The notes below the pieces were generated by a model, which worked only from the letters and a program-made list of their open reading frames with translations, ran no database searches and was not told the origin of the DNA. This document shows, piece after piece, positions 19,635-27,016 of a DNA stretch of 64,000 bases. The stretch comes from a virus. Both the position numbers and the translations under genes were made by a program. The stretch's first letter is position 1, and every line of letters starts with the position of its first letter. The stretch lies in IMG/VR virus record IMGVR_UViG_3300017735_000002; one strand, 5' to 3'.

Positions 19635-20389
19635 ACAAATTAAAAAATAAATTTTACAAATACTGGATACTACCATGGGGTGCTTGTTATCTCATGGTAT
19701 TTCCTGTATACGCTGATGACAATGTTATATCTATTGAACAAAGCGGAGATAATTTTGAACTAGGTATAGAACAAATTGGTTTCGATAATGAAATTAAAAT
19801 GTTAGATGCTAATTCATATATTAATGCTTCTAGTCTAGGTGTGTATATGGTTCAATACAACATACACAATACATCATCAAGTTATACTTATCCCAACTCA
19901 ATTGTATTTGATGAGGTTAGTGGTACTGGTAACAAAATGAAACTTGGCCAAGGCATTACTTGGGATTCACTAGACTCCGAAACAAATTTAGATTGGAGTC
20001 ATGATGGTAGTGAAGGTGGCGGACACGAGATAGACATTACAATGTATGGCGACTATAACAAATTAGCAGTTCAACAAACAAATCAACATAATGCATGGGA
20101 TGGTCATAACTTTGATTTGCATTTAGCAGGTGACCATAACGAAGTTCAAATCAAACAACAAGGCAATGGTGTAAAAACTACAAACTTAACAATCTACAAT
20201 GATTATAACGATGTGTATGTCCGTCAGAAAGGAACTAGTGCAAATCACACTGCAAATATAACTCTTGATGGTTTATATGGAACAGACTTAACATTATTAC
20301 AATTTGGTACTAGTGGTACTCAGTCTTATACTATATCAGTCGATTGCATGACAGTCGGTGGTTGTAGTACATCGGTGACCCAACAATGA
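19619..20389 (+). CDS. curlin-like secreted beta-solenoid protein 2
   Basis: Signal-like N-terminus ..VYA; IEQSGD, IEQIG, MYGDYN, LAGDHN, KQQG, RQKG repeats; C-terminal Cys pair. Confidence 0.75.
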   Translation: MVDFLNKLKNKFYKYWILPWGACYLMVFPVYADDNVISIEQSGDNFELGIEQIGFDNEIKMLDANSYINASSLGVYMVQYNIHNTSSSYTYPNSIVFDEVSGTGNKMKLGQGITWDSLDSETNLDWSHDGSEGGGHEIDITMYGDYNKLAVQQTNQHNAWDGHNFDLHLAGDHNEVQIKQQGNGVKTTNLTIYNDYNDVYVRQKGTSANHTANITLDGLYGTDLTLLQFGTSGTQSYTISVDCMTVGGCSTSVTQQ

Positions 20390-20643
20390 GTGAATGTCCA
20401 CCTGAGTTTTACGAGTGTCTCACTGAAGAAGAGTATGACGACATATTAGAACTCTTTGAAGAGAACGATATGGTCATGCCTGAATCTTTGGGTGATGTAG
20501 AAGCTGCATCTGATTTCGTTTGGCAAGTTCTCTTCCTAACACCAATAGAACTTATTTACATAGGTTTTACAATGACTGTTCTCGCTACTTATGGACTGTC
20601 TATATACTATATCTATAAACGAATACAGAAGAAATTCTCATGA
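20386..20643 (+). CDS. small membrane protein, acidic N-terminus
   Basis: ATGA overlap; C-terminal TM LIYIGFTMTVLATYGLSIYYI. Confidence 0.7.
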   Translation: MSECPPEFYECLTEEEYDDILELFEENDMVMPESLGDVEAASDFVWQVLFLTPIELIYIGFTMTVLATYGLSIYYIYKRIQKKFS

Positions 20644-20741
20644 ACACAATCGACATGATACCGTATTCTTTTAAAAAAGACTTTATCTTAGTCTGTTCTT
20701 TAGGACTAAACATAGGTTTTATTATCGGTTTAATATTATGA
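20640..20741 (+). CDS. very small membrane protein (33 aa)
   Basis: ATGA overlaps at both ends; FILVCSLGLNIGFIIGLIL. Confidence 0.5.
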   Translation: MNTIDMIPYSFKKDFILVCSLGLNIGFIIGLIL

Positions 20742-20917
20742 ATGAAGCGAATCCATTTTCAAAAGATGCACGAGAAAGGACCATCGCAATGGTTAACGAA
20801 TATCGTAGAAAGAAAAAACAACAATGGTGGTCAAGTTTCTGGTCAACAGTTCTTGCAATATCACTCATTGGTGTTTGTCTATACATATTCTTTTTTGCGT
20901 GGCCCACAATTGAATAG
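20738..20917 (+). CDS. small membrane protein (59 aa)
   Basis: ATGA overlap; MNEANPFSKD...RRKKKQQWW + TM VLAISLIGVCLYIFFFAW; preferred over the track ORF 20742..20969. Confidence 0.6.
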   Translation: MNEANPFSKDARERTIAMVNEYRRKKKQQWWSSFWSTVLAISLIGVCLYIFFFAWPTIE

Positions 20918-20983
20918 TGCCACAAAACAGATACAGGAGATATCGACTACTCGAATGGAAAAAGGGTAACCTGATAGATATCT

Positions 20984-22822
20984 ATGTATAATTGGAAAAC
21001 TGTACTTATAACCATCGTTGCACTCGTGGGCATAAAGATATGGTCGCCTTATCTAATAGATAATGTTAGATGGTCTTACTTCGATGTTCTACATCAACAA
21101 AAAGAAAAAGTGATAGTAGATGACATACTACTGGTCAACATAGATGAAAAGGCAATAGAGAAGTACGGTCAATATCCTTTCCCTAGAGACATATACGCAG
21201 ATACATTATGGGAAACACATCACTCAAATACTCATGTATTCAATATACTATTCGCAGAAGAAGATAGATTCGGTGGTGATGAAGTCTTTGCAGAGGCACT
21301 AGAAAACAGATTAACGATATTATCATCAGCACCAACAATTCAAAAAGAATCAGGCAACGCACCATTTGTAAATACATCTGTATTCGGAGATGGTAATATA
21401 CAAGACCATGTATGGAACTTTTCAGGTTTAGTAAGTCCCCGAACCGAATTACAAAACTCAGCTTGGGGTATGGGCGTGACAGTTGCCACACCACCTGTGG
21501 CGAATACACCAAATTTTGACGGAACAAACAGAGCGATTCCGCTAGTCATCCAGGCAAATGGTCAATTATATCCAAGTTTAGGATTCGAAGTTCTCAGAGC
21601 ATACTATGACCAACCCAATTATCAAACTAGGGTAACTGCTGATGCAGGTATTGAATGGGTTAAAATGGGAAGAGACAAACCAATAGAGACCACATCAAGT
21701 GCAGACTTGATGATTTCGTATTGGAACGAATTCGAATCTATCTCATTTGCAGACTTGCAAGATTCTGATATAGAAGGAAAGATTCTAGTCTATGGACTAA
21801 CCGCTGAGGGGTTATCTATTCCAGTTTCAACCCCAATGGGTGTAATGTATCCTCACGAAGTTCAAGCACACCTAATCCAAACCGTTTCGTCAGGAGTTCA
21901 AATACATGTATCCGAGACTCTTGAAATGCTCGAGACTTTTCTTCTTCTGTTAGTCCTTCTAGGAATACTGGTATCGGTCTACAAACTTCCCACAGCCTTC
22001 TCGGCGATAGTCTCTGTAGGGTTCGTTTTACTTCAGGTGGGGTTAAGTCACTATTTGTGGTTTTACAATCTCGTTCTTTTCGATATCTTCTGGTCATCGT
22101 TAAGCTCCGTTGTTGTTTTCGGACACGCTTCTTTTAACCAATACTATACTACTTACCAACTCAAAGAACAAATTAAGAAGCAGTTCCAAAAGTATTTATC
22201 TCCTGACATGATTGAAGAACTACAAAAAGACCCAAGTAAACTTAGACTTGGCGGAGATAGAAGAGAGATGACTTTCATGTTTATGGACATAATCGGATTC
22301 ACTCCCATAAGCGAACACTATATGCAGAAAGATGATCCAGAAGGTTTAGTAGAACTCATTAATAAGTTTTTAGATATGCAAACTAAAATCATACTAAATA
22401 ATAGTGGAACCATAGATAAGTATATGGGGGATTGCATAATGAGTTTTTGGAATGCACCACTTGATTGTGAAAACCACGCAGACCTTGCCGTAAAATCAGC
22501 ACTAGAAGTCCTAGATGCAACAAAGGAATTAAATGAAGAACTTAAACCTCTTAACCTGCCTCCTATTAATGTGGGCATCGGTATCAGTTCAGGCGAATGT
22601 ATTGTCGGAAACATGGGTTCCGAACTTAGATTTGACTATTCCGTCATCGGAGATGCCGTCAACTTGGGCGCTAGACTCGAAGGCCAAACAAGAAATTATA
22701 ATGGGGTGGACTTGTTGTTATCAGAAAGAACTTATCAACTATGTCCAGACAGAGCATTCACTAGAGTTGATAGAATTACAGTTAAAGGAAAATCAGAACA
22801 AGTCACAATTTACACTATCTGA
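20984..22822 (+). CDS. CHASE2-domain class III adenylate cyclase
   Basis: CHASE2 (LLVNIDEKAIEKYGQYPFPRD, GVMYPHEVQA), TM helices, cyclase motifs FMDIIGFT, DKYMGD, RFDYSVIGDAVNLGARLE; K and D residues indicate ATP specificity. Confidence 0.92.
   Translation: MYNWKTVLITIVALVGIKIWSPYLIDNVRWSYFDVLHQQKEKVIVDDILLVNIDEKAIEKYGQYPFPRDIYADTLWETHHSNTHVFNILFAEEDRFGGDEVFAEALENRLTILSSAPTIQKESGNAPFVNTSVFGDGNIQDHVWNFSGLVSPRTELQNSAWGMGVTVATPPVANTPNFDGTNRAIPLVIQANGQLYPSLGFEVLRAYYDQPNYQTRVTADAGIEWVKMGRDKPIETTSSADLMISYWNEFESISFADLQDSDIEGKILVYGLTAEGLSIPVSTPMGVMYPHEVQAHLIQTVSSGVQIHVSETLEMLETFLLLLVLLGILVSVYKLPTAFSAIVSVGFVLLQVGLSHYLWFYNLVLFDIFWSSLSSVVVFGHASFNQYYTTYQLKEQIKKQFQKYLSPDMIEELQKDPSKLRLGGDRREMTFMFMDIIGFTPISEHYMQKDDPEGLVELINKFLDMQTKIILNNSGTIDKYMGDCIMSFWNAPLDCENHADLAVKSALEVLDATKELNEELKPLNLPPINVGIGISSGECIVGNMGSELRFDYSVIGDAVNLGARLEGQTRNYNGVDLLLSERTYQLCPDRAFTRVDRITVKGKSEQVTIYTI
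21816..22097 (-). CDS. possible nested antisense ORF (93 aa)
   Basis: GGAG 7 nt upstream of ATG on minus strand; wholly inside cyclase gene; no recognisable family. Confidence 0.25.
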   Translation of the reverse strand: MTRRYRKERDCKTTNSDLTPPEVKRTLQRLSPRRLWEVCRPIPVFLEGLTEEEKSRAFQESRIHVFELLTKRFGLGVLELREDTLHPLGLKLE

Positions 22823-23126
22823 CCCAATCACAACTAAGCAGTGGATTACATTTACCACACTACAACTTGCAGATATCTATACAACTTATCGTGGACTTAA
22901 ATACAATTGTGTTTATGAAATAAATCCAATTGTTGGTGAACAACCATCAGTACCACAAATGTTTCTTGTTAAAACACTTGTTCTCATACCTGCAATCAAT
23001 TCTGATATAGAACGACAGACTCTAGAACCAAAAACTATGAATAATATAAATCTTTTAATGGCATTAGTTGTAGGCAACAACTACAATGTATGGCACAGAG
23101 CAGAAAAAAACTGTGGAAGAAGATGA
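22533..23126 (+). CDS. secreted/membrane protein overprinted on cyclase 3' end (DUF5658-like C-terminus)
   Basis: AAGGA RBS; signal peptide MKNLNLLTCLLLMWASVSVQA; C-domain LQLADIYTTYRGL..EINPIV. Confidence 0.7.
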   Translation: MKNLNLLTCLLLMWASVSVQANVLSETWVPNLDLTIPSSEMPSTWALDSKAKQEIIMGWTCCYQKELINYVQTEHSLELIELQLKENQNKSQFTLSDPITTKQWITFTTLQLADIYTTYRGLKYNCVYEINPIVGEQPSVPQMFLVKTLVLIPAINSDIERQTLEPKTMNNINLLMALVVGNNYNVWHRAEKNCGRR

Positions 23127-23890
23127 TAATAATAACTGGTACAAAAAAAGATAACAGAGTATCTTTTCTTGTATACAATGATAATTTTGAACTACAATTG
23201 GTCAAACCCTACACTCCTGAATTAGATGACTTGTCAGTTGAAGGAATGAAATCAGGCAAAAACACCAGACCAACCTTTAGACCCTTTGGCATAACTTATG
23301 ATGAAGATAATATTTACATTGCAAATCATACTAAAATAGGTATCTACGATATCAATGATTACACATTCAAAGGTCTATTACCTATTACTAGTTTTTTTAA
23401 CACGCATCAAATATTAAAGAAAGACAATATCATGTATGTTGCGAATACACACGAAAACTCAATTGGTATACATAATTTAGATGACGGCAGTTCATTCTTT
23501 AAAGTTCTTCCTAAAAAATCTCATTGCAACAGTCTATTTTTTAAAGATGAGTTATACTATGTATTTCACAATAGAAATCTAAAACCATCTGAGTTTTATA
23601 GAGGAGATACTAAGATAAAGGAATTAGGAAGAAAATGTCATAACATAATTGTTGATGAACATTTCTATACTATTGATACAGGTGCCTATGAACTAGTCAT
23701 TGATGACGATAGATATTTCATTAATAAGGGTTTCTGTAGAGGTTTAGCAAAAAGAAATGGAAAACTTTTAGTTGGCAATAACGAAGGAGATGTTGCGTCT
23801 GTTTTTGTTTTTGATATAGAAAATAGAGTATTTGATAATCAAATAAATATAGAACACCTAGATAAAATTACAGATATAAAATGCATTTAG
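23123..23890 (+). CDS. beta-propeller-like protein
   Basis: Repeats PFGITYDEDNIYIAN, HQILKKDNIMYVAN, HCNSLFF, CRGLAKRNGKLLVG; ATGA overlap; start moved to 23123. Confidence 0.6.
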   Translation: MIIITGTKKDNRVSFLVYNDNFELQLVKPYTPELDDLSVEGMKSGKNTRPTFRPFGITYDEDNIYIANHTKIGIYDINDYTFKGLLPITSFFNTHQILKKDNIMYVANTHENSIGIHNLDDGSSFFKVLPKKSHCNSLFFKDELYYVFHNRNLKPSEFYRGDTKIKELGRKCHNIIVDEHFYTIDTGAYELVIDDDRYFINKGFCRGLAKRNGKLLVGNNEGDVASVFVFDIENRVFDNQINIEHLDKITDIKCI

Positions 23891-24519
23891 ATAAAATATT
23901 TTACACTCCTTTTCTGAGTCATAAATTTCCAGATAACACTGAGTTAAACAAAAACTTGATTGATGAAATTGAACAAGAAAAACTCCTTGCGCCAGATGGT
24001 GACACACGAAGTTTTGCTTCTACACCCAATAACACTTGGCAATCGAACACTAAGATGCAACATACTTATCATAGTTTTAGAGCTTTAACTCGTCAGATAG
24101 ACGATTTACTCCTAGAAGAAGAGATGCAAGTATCAGCCTGTTGGGCTAATCTTATACATGGAGCTGGTGGATTTTCTTTTCCACATACTCATAACAGTAA
24201 AAAAAACGAAATAAGGGGTTCGGTTTCTACCAAAATGACTGCTGTATATTTTCCAAAGGGTCTAGTAGAAAAAGATAATTTCATGAAAAGTAGATATAGT
24301 AAAGACGAGGGAGATTTAATTCTCTTTTCTCCAAACTTTGCATATAAAAATTCTCATACTGATGTTTTAAGTATAAGTGTAGTAGAATCTTTATTGGTTT
24401 TATTTCCCAATAATATAACACATATGGTTAAACCTATGCAGACAAATACAAAAAGATATTCTATAGTTTTTACACTTTCTACACCTAAACAAAAGGGAAA
24501 ATATGAATCGCTTTTCTAA
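23881..24519 (+). CDS. 2OG-Fe(II) oxygenase (TIGR02466-like)
   Basis: WANL..FPHTH, AVYFP, LVLFPNNITHMVKP, RYSIVF. Confidence 0.75.
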   Translation: MHLDKIFYTPFLSHKFPDNTELNKNLIDEIEQEKLLAPDGDTRSFASTPNNTWQSNTKMQHTYHSFRALTRQIDDLLLEEEMQVSACWANLIHGAGGFSFPHTHNSKKNEIRGSVSTKMTAVYFPKGLVEKDNFMKSRYSKDEGDLILFSPNFAYKNSHTDVLSISVVESLLVLFPNNITHMVKPMQTNTKRYSIVFTLSTPKQKGKYESLF

Positions 24520-25195
24520 AAATACTTCAGAAATAGATGCCGTTGTTGCATTTTCTGGCGGAGTGGAATCTACATCACTTCTACAATATCTTTGTGATAA
24601 CAAATTAAAAGTGGCTGCAATATACAGTCATTATCCTGCAAGAAAAAAAACAATTCAAGCTAATCGTCTTCCCAATCATTTAGAACTAATATGTAAACTA
24701 CTTGATGTTGACTTTATAACACATACTCATGAACATTATACCAAATATCGTGATGTCGAAACTTCTTTTTATTCTACAAGACATTGGTTATTAGCAATGT
24801 GTAATGCATCATTGAGATTTTCAAAAGTTAAAAATTTCTATTGGGGAGCAAATAGTGGTATGTTAGAGTTCAATGATGGATTAGGAGACTGTTCTATAGT
24901 CGACCCTACAAAGTATCAGGTTCAAAATGTATTTGAGGCATTACAGAACATACCCCAAAAAGTAAAAGGATATCATGATGCAGATGCAAAACATCATGAC
25001 GGAAGTTATAAACATTCTTTTGATTGGCCAATCAAACAAACAATATCAGCACCACTAATAGGTTGGACAAAAAAACAGCAATGGGATTATATAAGAGATG
25101 ATATAAAACCATTAGTTCAAAGTTGTATACATTTTACTAATTGTGGTAAATGTATGAAATGCGAAGAATTTGAATTATTAAATGTCACTGAATAA
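24503..25195 (+). CDS. QueC-like PP-loop ATPase
   Basis: VVAFSGGVES PP-loop; APLIGWTK; C-terminal C-x4-CGKC-x2-C zinc cluster. Confidence 0.75.
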   Translation: MNRFSKNTSEIDAVVAFSGGVESTSLLQYLCDNKLKVAAIYSHYPARKKTIQANRLPNHLELICKLLDVDFITHTHEHYTKYRDVETSFYSTRHWLLAMCNASLRFSKVKNFYWGANSGMLEFNDGLGDCSIVDPTKYQVQNVFEALQNIPQKVKGYHDADAKHHDGSYKHSFDWPIKQTISAPLIGWTKKQQWDYIRDDIKPLVQSCIHFTNCGKCMKCEEFELLNVTE

Positions 25196-25209
25196 TAAAA
25201 AAGGAGATT

Positions 25210-25419
25210 ATGATGCCAGTGAAATTCGGTAAAACTTCTATACAAATAGATAGAAATACAAAAAAGAAAACCATAGTTCATGACTATATGAAATGCAAAT
25301 CTAATGCAGAGTTGATAGATGCGTATAACAAACCAGTTATACCTAAACTCAGACAAAAGGTTAAAAATGAAATGGTCAGAAGAAACATAAAGGGTCTTGC
25401 AAATATAACCTTTAGCTAG
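25210..25419 (+). CDS. small basic hypothetical protein
   Basis: AGGAG RBS; 69 aa Lys-rich. Confidence 0.75.
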   Translation: MMPVKFGKTSIQIDRNTKKKTIVHDYMKCKSNAELIDAYNKPVIPKLRQKVKNEMVRRNIKGLANITFS

Positions 25420-25434
25420 TATAATTACTAAATA

Positions 25435-25543
25435 CTATTGTGACACACAATTGTCACATAACAGAAACAATTACGACACAAAGAGTAAGTAGCGAAAGCG
25501 AAGTCCAGTTGTCAGATAGTTTCTAACATAACAGGAGATAACA
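25435..25543 (+). ncRNA. candidate structured leader RNA (loop-E + GNRA)
   Basis: After ACTAAATA (25427-34): TGTGAC/GTCACA hairpin; AGTA-GC-GAAA-GC-GAA at 25488-25502; AGAAAC/GTTTCT and ACGAC/GTTGT pairings. Confidence 0.45.
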
Positions 25544-25654
25544 ATGCGATATTATGCATCATTGTCTGCCGAGTATCTAAAGACACAAGCAGACAAACTA
25601 CACAACCTTATGAAATGCGGAAGATTACAGAATGTAATCAGAGACATTTATTAA
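25544..25654 (+). CDS. 36-aa peptide
   Basis: AGGAGA RBS; MRYYASLSAEYLKTQADKLHNLMKCGRLQNVIRDIY*. Confidence 0.6.
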   Translation: MRYYASLSAEYLKTQADKLHNLMKCGRLQNVIRDIY

Positions 25655-25705
25655 GTTTTTTTTAAAAAACCCCTTGAAAAATCTGTAAGAAGACATATAT
25701 AATAG

Positions 25706-25858
25706 TAGTACGAGAACTTCAAAAGAGCTCGGATTTGGAACTAGGATTGGGCAACGCCGACATCTAGTGACCCCAAGTCTTCAAAAGAGCTCGGTTCTCT
25801 GCTACCCTAATGCTCAATAGAGGTTAGGTAACATAACTTGCTTTAAATAGGAGAAAAT
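25706..25858 (+). ncRNA. structured 5' leader of hsp20, probably manA-motif-like
   Basis: 16-nt direct repeat CTTCAAAAGAGCTCGG at 25717 and 25779, hairpin CCTAA-TGCTCAATAGAGG-TTAGG; promoter TTGAAA..TATAAT at 25674-25703. Confidence 0.55.
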
Positions 25859-26266
25859 ATGACAGCAATAGATAACTTTGGTCAGTTCAGACCATTCACA
25901 ATAGGATTCGATAAACTCTTTTCAGACATGGAGAGAATCTCGAATATTAACGATAACTTCCCACCTTACAATGTAATCAAGTCTTCTGAAGAGTCTTACA
26001 TCATTGAACTTGCAGTAGCAGGATTTAGTAAAGATGAATTATTCATTGAGTTTAAAGATTCAGTTCTTAAAGTCGATGGTAAGAAAGAGACTAGGGAGAT
26101 TGACTTTGCACATAAAGGTATTTCTGAGAGAAACTTTGCAAGAAGTTGGACTCTTGGTGAATATGTAAAAGTAAAGGGTGCAGAAGTTAAAGATGGTATG
26201 CTCATCATCTCACTCTTAAAAGAGATTCCAGAAGAAGAGAAACCTCAAGTAATTAAAATTAAATAA
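25859..26266 (+). CDS. hsp20: small heat shock protein Hsp20 (IbpA-like)
   Basis: FPPYNVIK, IELAVAGFSKDEL, HKGISERNF, DGMLIISL. Confidence 0.95.
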   Translation: MTAIDNFGQFRPFTIGFDKLFSDMERISNINDNFPPYNVIKSSEESYIIELAVAGFSKDELFIEFKDSVLKVDGKKETREIDFAHKGISERNFARSWTLGEYVKVKGAEVKDGMLIISLLKEIPEEEKPQVIKIK

Positions 26267-26280
26267 TTTTAAAAACCCCC

Positions 26281-26309
26281 TTGAAAAGTATGCAGTCTTT
26301 TAGTATACT
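26281..26309 (+). promoter_or_regulatory. sigma70-type promoter for tRNA-Gly/ahpC
   Basis: TTGAAA-17bp-TATACT. Confidence 0.6.
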
Positions 26310-26317
26310 GTATACAT

Positions 26318-26390
26318 GCGGAGTTAGTTTAAAGTAAAACACTTTACTTCCAGTTAAGAGATTCTAGTGCAATTCTAGAACTCCGCTCCA
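26318..26390 (+). tRNA. trnG: tRNA-Gly(UCC), atypical D and T loops
   Basis: Acceptor GCGGAGT/ACTCCGC, anticodon loop CT-TCC-AG, T arm TCTAG-TGCAATT-CTAGA, encoded CCA. Confidence 0.85.
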
Positions 26391-26410
26391 ACTTTATTAT
26401 GGAGAACGAT

Positions 26411-26956
26411 ATGTCTTACCCTTATAACAACGGCATGCTTTGTGTCGGAGATGAATTTCCTTCCTTTGAATTACAAGGAGTTAATTCTAACAATGAGATT
26501 GTACCGGTCTCAGTAGAAGAGAGTTATACACCACATAAACATGATTGGTCAGTAATTTACTTCTACCCTAAAGACTTTACATTTATTTGTCCTACCGAAA
26601 TTTCTGCAATGGATATTTTGACAAGTGAGGCAAATGTGATAGGTATATCTGGCGATAATGAGTTTTGTAAACTTGCATGGAAACAAAGTAATGAGTTGAT
26701 TGGAAACATTCAACATACATTAGCTGCAGACTGTGGTCTGTATCTTTCAGAATCTTTGGGCATTATCAACCAAGAAGAAGGAGTCTGTTATAGGGCAACT
26801 TTCATTGTTGATAAACAAAGAGTCGTACAACATGTATCAGTAAATGCACTAGATACAGGTAGAAATGCAGACGAAGTTTTAAGAACCTTACAGGCACTTA
26901 AGGCAGGTGGTCTAACTGGATGCTCATGGCAACCAGAAGATGATTTTGTAGCATAA
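26411..26956 (+). CDS. ahpC: 2-Cys peroxiredoxin (AhpC/Tsa family)
   Basis: FYPKDFTFICPTE, RATFIVD, GRNADEVLR, GLTGCSW; GGAG RBS gives start 26411. Confidence 0.93.
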   Translation: MSYPYNNGMLCVGDEFPSFELQGVNSNNEIVPVSVEESYTPHKHDWSVIYFYPKDFTFICPTEISAMDILTSEANVIGISGDNEFCKLAWKQSNELIGNIQHTLAADCGLYLSESLGIINQEEGVCYRATFIVDKQRVVQHVSVNALDTGRNADEVLRTLQALKAGGLTGCSWQPEDDFVA

Positions 26957-26969
26957 CACAAAAACTCAC

Positions 26970-27013
26970 TAGACAGGAACCCAAGTTCATCGTATAATGG
27001 ACTTGGGTTTTTT
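26970..27013 (+). terminator. terminator hairpin overlapping a sigma70-type promoter
   Basis: AACCCAAGTT..GACTTGGGTT + T run; TAGACA (26970) 17 bp TATAAT (26993) with the -10 in the loop. Confidence 0.65.
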
Positions 27014-27016
27014 ATT

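Noticed and set aside
20742-20969. 75-aa track ORF before the cyclase
   Set aside because: The frame at 20738..20917 has an ATGA overlap and a clear membrane-protein pattern and is preferred
24503-25195. 7-deazaguanine DNA modification pathway
   Set aside because: Only a QueC-like gene is present; no QueD, QueE, FolE or DpdA in the window
25439-25458. TGTGA...TCACA as a CRP-cAMP site (attractive given the cyclase)
   Set aside because: Half-sites are 10 bp apart, not 6; better explained as an RNA hairpin
25460-25530. Calling the element a glutamine (glnA) riboswitch
   Set aside because: Only the loop-E/GNRA part matches; conserved P1 and junction bases are not seen
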